Shown here: positions 37,978-48,260 of the stretch, one piece after another
Numbering within the stretch: position 1 is the first letter of the stretch
Layout of the letters: the number at the start of each line of letters is the position of its first letter
Source of the DNA: Zancudomyces culisetae HAW-14-8
Lineage: Eukaryota > Fungi > Kickxellomycota
Reading direction: 5' to 3'
Length of the DNA: 64,000 bases
NCBI GenBank assembly: GCA_052426225.1
Contig: JBNJNM010000015.1
Location: 744,001 to 808,000 of the forward strand
The notes under the pieces: model-generated
Database searches by the model: none
What the model was told of the DNA's origin: nothing
The model's input: the letters and a program-made list of their open reading frames with translations, nothing else
Translations under genes and position numbers: made by a program

Positions 37978-39132
37978 ATGATATTTTTTAATTATCAATC
38001 ACCGTTGAAAGCTATATTCACAACACTAGTTTTATGTTTTATAAATCTAGCATCTGCTGGTAAAATTTGCAATTCAAATCTTGACTCCAAAAATTTGGTT
38101 AATCGTACATCAGATTTCCAAAACAATGCACGGATTTTAGGTGGGCAACCAGCAAAAATCGAAGAGTTCCCATATGTAGGTAGCGTCGTTGTAACGTTTG
38201 GAGAGTTATATGTCTTCTGTACGGGCTTACTAATTTCAGATAAGTTTGTGGTGACACTGAGCGGTTGTTTTTATGATCCAGATACAAACACTGAAGCTCA
38301 GCCCAGTGATATTTCAGTTACACTTGGGACCAATACAATCAGTTTAAAAGCAGATGTACAGCCGTACAACGTGAAGCAAATTTATGCTCATCCAGACTAT
38401 TCTAGTTCAACAACATCAAAAGGGGTGACTAGTATAGGCTTGATTGAGCTTTCGGAACCAGTACCAAAAGAAGTTGCAACACCAGCAAAGATATACAGCG
38501 GAAAAGTCGCAGATAATATGGAGTTGACTACAGCAGGCTGGGGTTCCACTTCATTTGGTGCAACATCTAAACTCTCAGAGAGCCTAAACAAAATATCTGT
38601 GTATTCATCGTCTTCAAAAAATTGCGAGCTGCAAGGCGGGTTATGGACAGGAAACGACGGAAATCTTATTTGTACAGTTGTTAAAAACAATCAAAGCGTG
38701 TACTACAGCGATGTTGGAGGACCACTAGTCTATACAAATAATGGTGTTAGCTTGCTAGTTGGTGTAACATTCGGATTAAGCACCCCAAGTGGTTCTACTG
38801 GTATCATACCGGGTCTTAATGGATCTCCCAATTATTTTTCTCATTTATTTAGCTACGTTGATTGGATTGTGAAAGTTACAGGCATCGAAAGATCAGCTCT
38901 TGTAGATACAAAGCAATCAGCACCTCCTGGCAATTCTACAGATACAGAAAACAGTAACAGCGCTACAGTGAATACAAAGCAAACAACATCCTCTAACGCT
39001 TCTACCAATTCGCAAAATAATAACAGCGCTACCAAGAATAGTTCCAGCCCCAGATTACCTATTTTTATTTCAAAATATGCTACCCCCATGGTATTCGCAG
39101 TTATTCTTTTGATTCCAGTATATCTTTATTGA
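37978..39132 (+). CDS. trypsin-fold (S1A) non-peptidase homologue, probably GPI-anchored
   Basis: Signal peptide, R-ILGG activation site, C.G.LIS..FVVT, AGWG, GGPL, Y.DWI. The triad motifs are altered. Ser/Thr/Asn stalk and hydrophobic C-terminus. Confidence 0.9.
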   Translation: MIFFNYQSPLKAIFTTLVLCFINLASAGKICNSNLDSKNLVNRTSDFQNNARILGGQPAKIEEFPYVGSVVVTFGELYVFCTGLLISDKFVVTLSGCFYDPDTNTEAQPSDISVTLGTNTISLKADVQPYNVKQIYAHPDYSSSTTSKGVTSIGLIELSEPVPKEVATPAKIYSGKVADNMELTTAGWGSTSFGATSKLSESLNKISVYSSSSKNCELQGGLWTGNDGNLICTVVKNNQSVYYSDVGGPLVYTNNGVSLLVGVTFGLSTPSGSTGIIPGLNGSPNYFSHLFSYVDWIVKVTGIERSALVDTKQSAPPGNSTDTENSNSATVNTKQTTSSNASTNSQNNNSATKNSSSPRLPIFISKYATPMVFAVILLIPVYLY

Positions 39133-39659
39133 ATAAGTAATATTAAGACAGAAATAAACTAATGTTTAATTTTATCAAGTATTTTATACTTAAACCCTAT
39201 ACAGTTCACCAAAAAAAGAGCAATTTTTGAGTAAAGAACAAATAGAAGAGTATTTTATACTAAAGGATTAATTTTTTAGGGTTATAGTAGAATGTAAGCA
39301 GCATTAACTTGTGTAGTATCTAGAAATTGCTTAAAGAAGAATGTATAAAATGTAAATCGTTAGAAAAATACTCTTGGTGTGAGTGTGGGATTATATTAAA
39401 ATTTAATATTTGTTTGAATATTATGAAAAACTATATAATTATATGAGTAGTAAAATACGCTTTATACCCACACACAACATCGTAGTACCTAATCAAAAAA
39501 TGAAAATTGATGTCATTTGAAATAGACGCGTAGTTCAGCAGTAGGACTCAGCATGGTAAAGGTTCAGAAATGTTTACTCTAAGCAATTTATTTAGAAAAA
39601 TTTTATAGTCACTTCCAAATGCTAAAAATTAACGAATTATTTTGGTCATTTGATTTACA

Positions 39660-41150
39660 ACTTGGTTGAATGTAAATCAAAACCATGAGTAATTGTAAGA
39701 AGAGAAAAAATACACTTGATGCGTGTATGCCATCTTTATTCCATTTCGAAAATACACAGCAAATAAAATTAAAATTTGATTCACTTATTAGGCTAATAAA
39801 AATAGTAGAAATTTTATCAATAATTTTTGCTTGATAAATATTTTCGCAAATAACGATCAATCTGACTATCTACTTTATTTGAAATTCTTCACCATTTGCA
39901 GCGTGCTATGTTTTGGACTACTTCAGTGCTACTGTTTGACTACAGCAGTACGCGCGTAGTTCACGCGTAGAACACTGCTCATCAGTTATTAGCACTCATA
40001 GTAATAAATAGTAATAGTAAATAATATAAATAATAGTAATTATAGGGCGAATAATTGGAAATCGAGATTTAGATTCCAATCTATCCAATCTGATTCCTAA
40101 TCTTAAATCGAGTAATTGTTTTTTGAGCAGGTGTATATTGGGGGTGGATGAGTGGGATCAAGCGTATTTTTCCTCTTCGTACAATTACCTACGGTTTTCA
40201 TTTACATTCAACCAAATTGTAATTGTACTTCAATCGGAAAAATACGCTTGATGTTCATTCAGAGTTATTCCTAAATATATATTCGGTTAGATTGGTTCGA
40301 GATTCTCGTGACAATCTGTAGAACGAATCGAAAACGAGTCTAGACGACCAAAACCCGTGTGCGACTATATCATCGATGTTTGCTCCTGCATCCGTTGCGA
40401 TTGTAGATCCCAATGCCCTATCTTTAGGTCTTTTGATTCCTTTCGGTAATTTAAATAGAGAAATTTGTATGTTGCCATTCCTCTGTGCCTCTATTTTGTT
40501 CTTATTAACTGCCCTGAAGTTGTAGAAAATGATAGTTTTATTGTTCCTAGGGTGTGATAAAGTAGATGGACCCGATCAGTTAACATACTCGATGTATGTT
40601 AGCACTGGACATAGGTAAGCGAGTGAATGCTTGTTGATAGTGACTGTCTTGGTGATGGATAGGCCCATTTGATTCTCTTTAGGCTCCACAATGTGAGCCT
40701 TATAAATCTTTCCGTTACTGTCGATATGCTTTGGTCAATCCTTTCGATATCACTCGGTCTCATGAAGCCACATTTACCGAGAAGGAAAAGAGCTTCTGAG
40801 TAAACCTATGAATATTCACTGAGTGTTGGATCCCCAGTCCATTAGATTTATAACATAGGTGTTATTTTATAGTGATTAGAAGATAGGTTAATAGTTTTCA
40901 AAGTTTTAACTGATTGAATAAACTCTTGAATAATTAAACGATTTCATGATGATACATTTAATATTATATCTCGGAGTGGTATCTAATTGTGTGTGATCAT
41001 TTAATTATGTTATTCGAAAATTCAAATCCTATCAAAAATTTTTTGAAAAATTTTCTAAATAAATCCAGTTCGCACTGCTATTGCAGTCCCCTTATCAATT
41101 AATTGCATAGACTTAACTAAGTACTACGTGTGTAGTACTCTTCGTGTCGC
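39660..41150 (-). mobile_element. DIRS-C: degenerate 3' part of a DIRS retrotransposon (tyrosine recombinase relic, ICR, right ITR)
   Basis: Minus-strand relic peptides LLGKCGFMRPSDIERID and RPKDRALGST...HGFWSSRLVFDSFYRLSR with stop at 40255. ICR hairpin at ~40157-40252, and its complement at ~39663-39721 marks the ITR end. Confidence 0.8.
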
Positions 41151-41219
41151 TGTGAGTTTAAAGGAATACTTAAGTAAGTTGTAATAGTAAAAACGCTATT
41201 AATAATATATCTTTGTTTT

Positions 41220-42807
41220 TTTTTTGAATATATATATGTATTTATAAATAAAAATTATTCTAGGTTTAAAGCATTTTCATAACTAAAAATTATTCCAATG
41301 TTTTAAATTTCTCTAAAAAAATATATACTTAGTACGTTCAATATATGATAAAAATTAAAAACGAAAAGAACGATACGACTATTCATCGACTTGGCTTTCC
41401 TCTCCTGGCTCGATATTAAACCACGAACATTTGACCTTGAGCCATGTTCGTTTAAATCTATTAGCGTTTGGTATTTATAATCTTGGTCAATCGCTGCTCG
41501 AAGCATTCCACGAAAACGATGAAACAGTTCTGTCCCAGTTAAGTTGACATTCAACAACGAGCTTTCGGTTCGAGCGCGGTGAATAACCATATTGCCAGTG
41601 CATGTACAATATTTCTTCCAGGTATTTTTCCTTTATATTTATTAAACATATTATAGATATCTTGTATAGTTATATTGTTTTCTGTTCTGTTTTCATCTTA
41701 TCATCTTCGATAAATTCGCTTATCTTCTTTCATTATTCTTGCATGCGATGACAGTCATAAAACATATGTTTATAATCTTCGTTCTCCTTCTTACATAATC
41801 TACAGCTCCTTTCACCGTATATTTTTCCACAGTTCATGCTCCACATATTTATATTTTTCCCTGTTATAATTTCTCCATGATACAGCAACCATAGAAAGCG
41901 CTATATTTTTGGTTGCACGTTCAATGTTCGTATATTTTTCCAGCTAAAGCTCTCTATACTGTTAATTTCTATCCCCATTTTCTTATAGTTTGGCTCAAAT
42001 TATATTCTTTGCTCTGTTGCTACAAGTTGACCTTCTAGGTATCGCCGTGACATCTTTGTCGTTTAGGACCATTCTAAACTATAAAAAATGGACAGCTTCC
42101 CTTTTGGTATCCTGGTGAGTTTTGCTTCATTTTCAGTCCTAAAATAATTGAATTCATCATTTTTACTTAATAAAAAGTCATTGATTTCGATCCAATTTCT
42201 ACTGAGTATTTTGATATATCATATTTGCTCAGAATTTTTTTACAGTTACCGAAGAAATCGGATACATTTTTTATACCCAATTGCTTCAATAATAATATAT
42301 CTTAATTGTAAAGTGATATATCGATCAAATCCTTAACAAAATTAACGCTTAGCATATTATTCCATTAAATTCACAATTTTTAACATAAGTAATATCGTTT
42401 TTGACGAATTTTTCGTATAAATAAACGTATTAATTCCAGAATTAATCCGATTTTAGCACTTTTTGAGTTATTATTCCACTAAAAATATCGTCTGAGAGCT
42501 CAATTTCTCCGCTATTATAAATTTTGAGATAATTGCTAGTATAAATGGTTTTTTGCATTATCTTGCCAAATAAATTTAACATTATCCGTATTTTCCATTA
42601 ACCTAGTAATAAAATCAAAACCCAATTTATAAAATAAGGAATTCAACTGGGAATCAATGGTGATTAGTCCCCAACCGCCCAAATCCATCGGGAATTCAAG
42701 TTTTCGATTACGATTCTTGATTTTTTTCCGTTCCAAATAAAATTCTTGACTAATCTTTTCAGTTAATCATTAATATGTTTACCAAACGTATGACCTGGGC
42801 ACCGACC
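41220..42807 (-). mobile_element. LINE-1 (L1/Tx1-like) ORF2 3' part, degenerate
   Basis: Relic peptides KNFIWNGKKSRI and FPMDLGGWGL, and a C-terminal HRARTE segment; continues at 52414-52752. Confidence 0.7.
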
Positions 42808-43668
42808 TGTTATGAATACACATGTTCATTCTTATTGTTTATTAAAATCCAATATTGTTATAATTATTATACAATATATTAAATGTGTATCGTTAATATA
42901 AATTAATTATTAGTTTATATTATTTTCTTATTACTTATTAATTAGTTTAAACATTAATATTGATAAACATGATAAATTATAATGTATCATTATTATATTG
43001 TGTATATTAATGATATTAGTATATTTGTTTATTATTAAAAGATATTAATAGTTTAAGTTATATATTAATATTTAAAACAAACTTAATTATATAAAATGGT
43101 AATACTAATCCCTTTCATGAACAATTAAGTTTGTCAATCTCGTTTAACAATAATAAAAATAATATTAACTAATATTAATATGTTTAGTTGAATAAAATGA
43201 AAACTTATTATTATTATGCTTTACTTATCCAGATACAATTATGTGTGTACCAATCTTATTATAAATCGAAAAATCTTTCCTAGATACTATTTTTATCGAT
43301 TAATCCATTACCTTAAAATTTGGTAAAAAATTAAATCGATAAAAATAGTGTTTAAATTTAGAAACTTTATACGTAATGATGTGTGTAATGACAGACATCA
43401 CTGTATAATTTTTATAAAATAAGTAAAACTAATTAAATAAAATATATTTAAACCATATATAAACTGATGTCCCCTGTTTCCTGATGAATCTTTACCATCG
43501 TTGAGCTAGGTATGGGTGGGAATTATGTGGGACATAATTGTATCTGGATGTTCGCATAATAATAATATGTTTTTATTTCATTCAACTAAACATATTATTA
43601 TGCTTCACTTATCCAGATACAATTATGTAACTTCAGAGTTCAAGATAAATTGAGTTAAATTTTCAATA

Positions 43669-44549
43669 ATGAGTCAAAATGCAAACGTTACAGTTGAAGT
43701 TTTGCAACAGATTTTGGAGAGATTATTAGCTCTTGAAAAACAAACCGCACCAAATGATCACATGTCAGTATCAGAAATCAGTGATTCAGCAAACATTACT
43801 GTTCCATCAATCGTTGATGCAGTCGACGATGATTCAGTTGAAAACTTCGTGGTTCCCAGACCAACACCATCAGACCTGGTCATGTATCCAAAACTGCAAA
43901 AGGCGCTACCAACAGTTGAACAGGATATCATTTGACACCACTGGCAAATGTCGAACGCAAGAAGTTTTATGCAGCCATCCCAAGAAACTCTGGCATGGAT
44001 TATGAACCACCAGAGGAAAACATCAAGTTATCAGGTGACAATAAACGTACTGATGCGATGTTATACGACATCCAGTACCGTTTATCAGCCGTTACAAGAC
44101 CTTTGGATTACTTTATGCACGAAGCAATCCGTGACGGAGGAGCAGTCAGTGCCGAAAATCTTGCAGTTTTTATCAACTCAATCAGAGTTTTACTTGCGAA
44201 TGTTGCATCCAATATCACGCAACAAAGACTCAAACTGTCATACAAAGCCTCAGAAGTACCATCAGATCCTCCAGAAATGGTTTCGACATCAAGGAAGCCT
44301 CTCGTGGACATACAGCAGATGCTCGAAGTTAAAGCAGCTGCAAACACATTGCAGCGTGCAACAAATAATGTGCAGCAGATAAGACCAAGATTCAACGCAA
44401 CCAGGACCTTCCCAAGCATTCCGTTTCAGCCATCAGTTAACCAGAATGTTCAAGCAGAGCCGCAGCAGATCCAACAACAACGACAACACAAATCCGCTGC
44501 TACTGGCGGTAATTTTCGGTTTGCAAACAGCAGCAAACACCGAAAGTAG
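43669..44549 (+). pseudogene. DIRS-A gag-like ORF1, frameshifted near 43930
   Basis: Two track ORFs (43669-43935, 43932-44549) together align by eye with DIRS-B gag (LQ.ALP.V, PRNS.MDY.PP, QYRLSA.TRP.D). Confidence 0.85.
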
Positions 44550-46429
44550 GAGGGAGACTGAGGATGTTCCAGGAGGCTTGGATGCGCCTCACAGATCACA
44601 AATGGATACTCCAAGTGATCTCAGAAGGGTTCACAATCCTCTTCAAAACGCATCCACCGACGGTCAAGCAGAAAAAACCGTTCGGTTACAACTTGAAAAA
44701 GCTTCCAGAAAAAGTGGTCGAACAGGAGATAGCAAACCTCCTGTCAAAGAAAGCAATAGTGGAAGCTTCATCCGCGCAGCCAGGGTTCTACTCAAATCCG
44801 TTTACAATCCCAAAGAAGAACGGAGGCACGCGGATGGTACTGAATTTAAGACCGTTAAATCAGTACATCCCACAGCGACATTTCAAGATGGAGTCGCTCA
44901 CAACTATCTCCAGAATGATCCGCAAAGGGGATTATATGACCAGCATAGACCTCAGCGATGCATTTCTACACGTATTGATCAACAAAACGTCCAGAAAGTA
45001 TCTCAGGTTTACATGGGGCGGTCGCACCTACCAGTACAGGGTGCTCCCATTTGGTCTATCTTTAAGCCCACTAGTATTCACAAAAATACTAATACCAGTA
45101 CTGAAATGGGCCAGAGCTCGCGGGATACGAATGTCGAGCTACTTAGACGATTTGTTAATCTTAGGATCAACAAAAACAGAGTGTCTAAAGTTCACAAACA
45201 TGGTATCCAAGAAACTGGTGAAACTGGGATTCCTGATCAACCAGGAAAAGTCATCAATACATCCCAAACAATGTATTACGCATCTTGGGATGGACATCAA
45301 CAGCCGTCAGATGAGTTTCAAGATACCCAAACAGAAACTCAAAGATTTAGCGAGAGAGGCATCCAGGTTGATACACAAAGGGTGTACAACACTGAAGGAT
45401 CTGGCATCATTCATTGGCAAAACGCAGGCAGTGAATATAGCACTCAGACCAGGACGACTGATGAGCAGGAGGTTGTTAGAGCTCAAAAACAACACTCTGA
45501 AACGCACCACGGATTGGAGTTCACAAGAAACACTGAATCAGCCCGCACTGGACAATCTGACGTGGTGGAGGGACCATCTGAAGCAATGGAATGGTCTATG
45601 CTTCCTTCCGGAGATCCCAGAGATAGAAGTATATACGGATGCAAGCGACAATCACTGGGGGATAGTGATAGACAGCAATCAGTATACGGGGACATGGACA
45701 CGACAACAGATGAAGCTCCCTATCAATGCGAAGGAATTATTAGCAATTCAGTATGCAGTGAAGCTGCCACAGGTTCAGGGAAAGAGTGTTGTTGTATATT
45801 GCGACAACAACACATCAATCAGCTACATCAAGAAGCATGGGGGAACCAAATCAGTGAATCTGATGGACATTTCGGAAGCAATTTGGAAAAATTGCATCAG
45901 CAATGGCACTCGGGTTCAGATTCAGTATGTGCCATCAATACTGAATCCAGCGGATGCACCATCACGTTTAACAGCTCAAACAGAGTGGTCACTATCAGAC
46001 AAGATGTTTCAGAAGATACAGAAACAGTTCGGTCCACACGATGTGGACATGTTTGCCAACAACAACAACCACAAACTACCAACATTTGTGAGTTGGAAAT
46101 GGACACCAGAAGCAGCAAAAACGAATGCATTCAATCATCATTGGAGCATTTGGACGAATCCATACCTTTGTCCACCATGGAATCTGATACAGAAAACACT
46201 ACAGAAGATCAGACAGGACAAAGTATCAGCGACATTGATAACACCGTTTTGGAGGTCAGCACCATGGTATCCAGACCTCAAGAGCATGTTAATAGCTCCA
46301 CCGATCAAGATATTAGCTCCACATAAAATTCCGGATCCAAAAAGCGGAAAGCAAGTGACACAGATAAACAAAACATGGTCGCTTACGGCTTGGAAATTAA
46401 GCGCGCACGCCTTGAAAAAACGGGTTTAA
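44513..46429 (+). CDS. DIRS-A pol: reverse transcriptase - RNase H - DAM-like methyltransferase domain
   Basis: VGGRL..F...W, IDLSDAF, LPFGL, YLDD, YTDAS, INAKEL, CDN, NPADAPSR, DVDMFA, NPYLCPPW. The frame opens at 44513 and the first ATG is at 44564. Confidence 0.95.
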   Translation, partial: FSVCKQQQTPKVGGRLRMFQEAWMRLTDHKWILQVISEGFTILFKTHPPTVKQKKPFGYNLKKLPEKVVEQEIANLLSKKAIVEASSAQPGFYSNPFTIPKKNGGTRMVLNLRPLNQYIPQRHFKMESLTTISRMIRKGDYMTSIDLSDAFLHVLINKTSRKYLRFTWGGRTYQYRVLPFGLSLSPLVFTKILIPVLKWARARGIRMSSYLDDLLILGSTKTECLKFTNMVSKKLVKLGFLINQEKSSIHPKQCITHLGMDINSRQMSFKIPKQKLKDLAREASRLIHKGCTTLKDLASFIGKTQAVNIALRPGRLMSRRLLELKNNTLKRTTDWSSQETLNQPALDNLTWWRDHLKQWNGLCFLPEIPEIEVYTDASDNHWGIVIDSNQYTGTWTRQQMKLPINAKELLAIQYAVKLPQVQGKSVVVYCDNNTSISYIKKHGGTKSVNLMDISEAIWKNCISNGTRVQIQYVPSILNPADAPSRLTAQTEWSLSDKMFQKIQKQFGPHDVDMFANNNNHKLPTFVSWKWTPEAAKTNAFNHHWSIWTNPYLCPPWNLIQKTLQKIRQDKVSATLITPFWRSAPWYPDLKSMLIAPPIKILAPHKIPDPKSGKQVTQINKTWSLTAWKLSAHALKKRV

Positions 46430-47391
46430 AAGATTCAGTTATCACGTTAATGACAACTGGTAAACGAAATATGGCAAAACAAAAACAATATTACAACATC
46501 AAGGTAAAGTTTATTAAGTGGTTAGAGTCTGCAAAACTTGATATTAATAACGTTTCAGTTGTTGATGTTATCAATTTCCTTGATGAACATCGTATTAGTA
46601 ACAATTTAAAAGTTGGTACTATAAAAAACTACAAGTCAGCTATCATCGATATTAATGCTGAATGGCGAACATTTAGCAGCGATATTTTGATGATTGATTA
46701 TTTAAAACAGCTCGATTCAACTTCAGTTCGTTCTTTTAACAACCCTAACTACGATATTAATCCGATTATCGAACATATTAAAAAACTTGGTTCAAATTTT
46801 AAAATGAGCAAGCAAAATTTAACAATTAAATTTTGTTGGTTGCTAGAAATTTGTGGGTTTTTGAGACCTTCTGACATTGAACGAATCGATGATTCAAAGA
46901 CGGAAATCAATAAAGATTATCTTAAATTTGTTATTGTTGGACCAAAAGAAAAGCGAAGTGGAAATCCGTTTGAAAAGGTCAGTATAATCCACGCACATAG
47001 CGACTATAAATTATGTCCTGTAGTAACATACAGAGCATATAAAAAACGCATTGCAACTTTTCCGAGTGTTGCAAACCATCCGATCCTCGATGGAGTACAA
47101 TTGCACTACCTTACCCGCAACTTAAAGTATAACGACAAACACATTGGGGCACAACGAATCAGTAAACACATTAATTGGTTGATGTCACTCTTGCAGTTGC
47201 CAGAAAGCGCAAAGTTACCAAAAGCTCGAGCATTAGGATCTACTAGAGCTACAAAGCTAGGTGCGACATACTACGATGTTATTGCACAAGGATTTTGGGC
47301 AAGTAAAGGTATATTTGATACTTAATATCAATTATCACGTAGAACTCGTAAAAATTTAACTCAATTTATCTTGAACTCTGAAGCTACATAA
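46375..47391 (+). pseudogene. DIRS-A tyrosine recombinase, premature TAA at 47323-47325
   Basis: GFLRPSD, GPKEKR, LCPV, PKARALG, GFW. DT*YQLSR corresponds to DTYYQLSR in DIRS-B. The natural stop is at 47389-47391. Confidence 0.88.
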
Positions 47392-48260
47392 TTGTATCTG
47401 GATAAGTGAAGCATAATAATATGTTTAGTTGAATGAAATAAAAACTTATTATTATTATGCGAACATCCAGATACAATTATGTCCCACATAATTCCCACCC
47501 ATACCTAGCTCAACGATGGTAAAGATTCATCAGGAAACAGGGGACATCAGTTTATATATGGTTTAAATTTATTTTATTTAGTTAGTTTTACTTATTTTAT
47601 AAAAATTATACAGTGATGTCTGTCATTACACACATCATTACGTATAAAGTTTCTAAATTTAAACACTATTTTTATCGATTTAATTTTTTACCAAATTTTA
47701 AGGTAATGGATTAATCGATAAAAATAGTATCTAGGATAGATTTTTGGATTTATAATAAAGATTGGTACACACATAATTGTATCTGGATAAGTGAAGCATA
47801 ATAATAATAAGTTTTCATTTCATTCAACTTAACATATTAATATGCTTCTTTGGCCAGATACAATTATGTGTTACCAAATCTTTATTTAATTTCGAAATCT
47901 TTCCTAGTTACTAAATACTTTAACCCCAAAACATTTTTCAAATGTTCCAAAATGTTCGAAATTTCGTAATCTGAAATTGAAAACTCAAGAATATTCTAGA
48001 GAGTTCGAATTCAGTACTAAAATTTCTTTGAAAATGTAGGGGTTAAAAGTATGTAAAAATTTTCTTAAAACAAAAACAAAATGAAAATAAAAGTATATAA
48101 ACCGTCTGTTTTTCCAGTTTTCTTGAGTTCCTTACCATCGGTTGAGCTAGGTTAGGGCGGGACTGGGTGAGACAAAATTGTAGCTGGCATTCGCATAATA
48201 ATAATAAGTTTTCATTATATTCAACTAAACATATTATTATGCTTCATTGGCCAGATACAA

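Larger units (their letters stand above)
43213..47838 (+). mobile_element. DIRS-A: full-length DIRS1-like tyrosine-recombinase retrotransposon (defective)
   Basis: Inverted termini, gag, RT/RNase H/MT, YR, ICR 47386-47482, right ITR 47515-47838 with right extension. Confidence 0.93.

Noticed and set aside
47386-47482. ICR hairpins as hammerhead ribozymes or integron attC sites
   Set aside because: The CUGANGA/GAAA core with stem II is not satisfied and there is no cassette array; the palindromy is explained by ICR complementarity to the element ends
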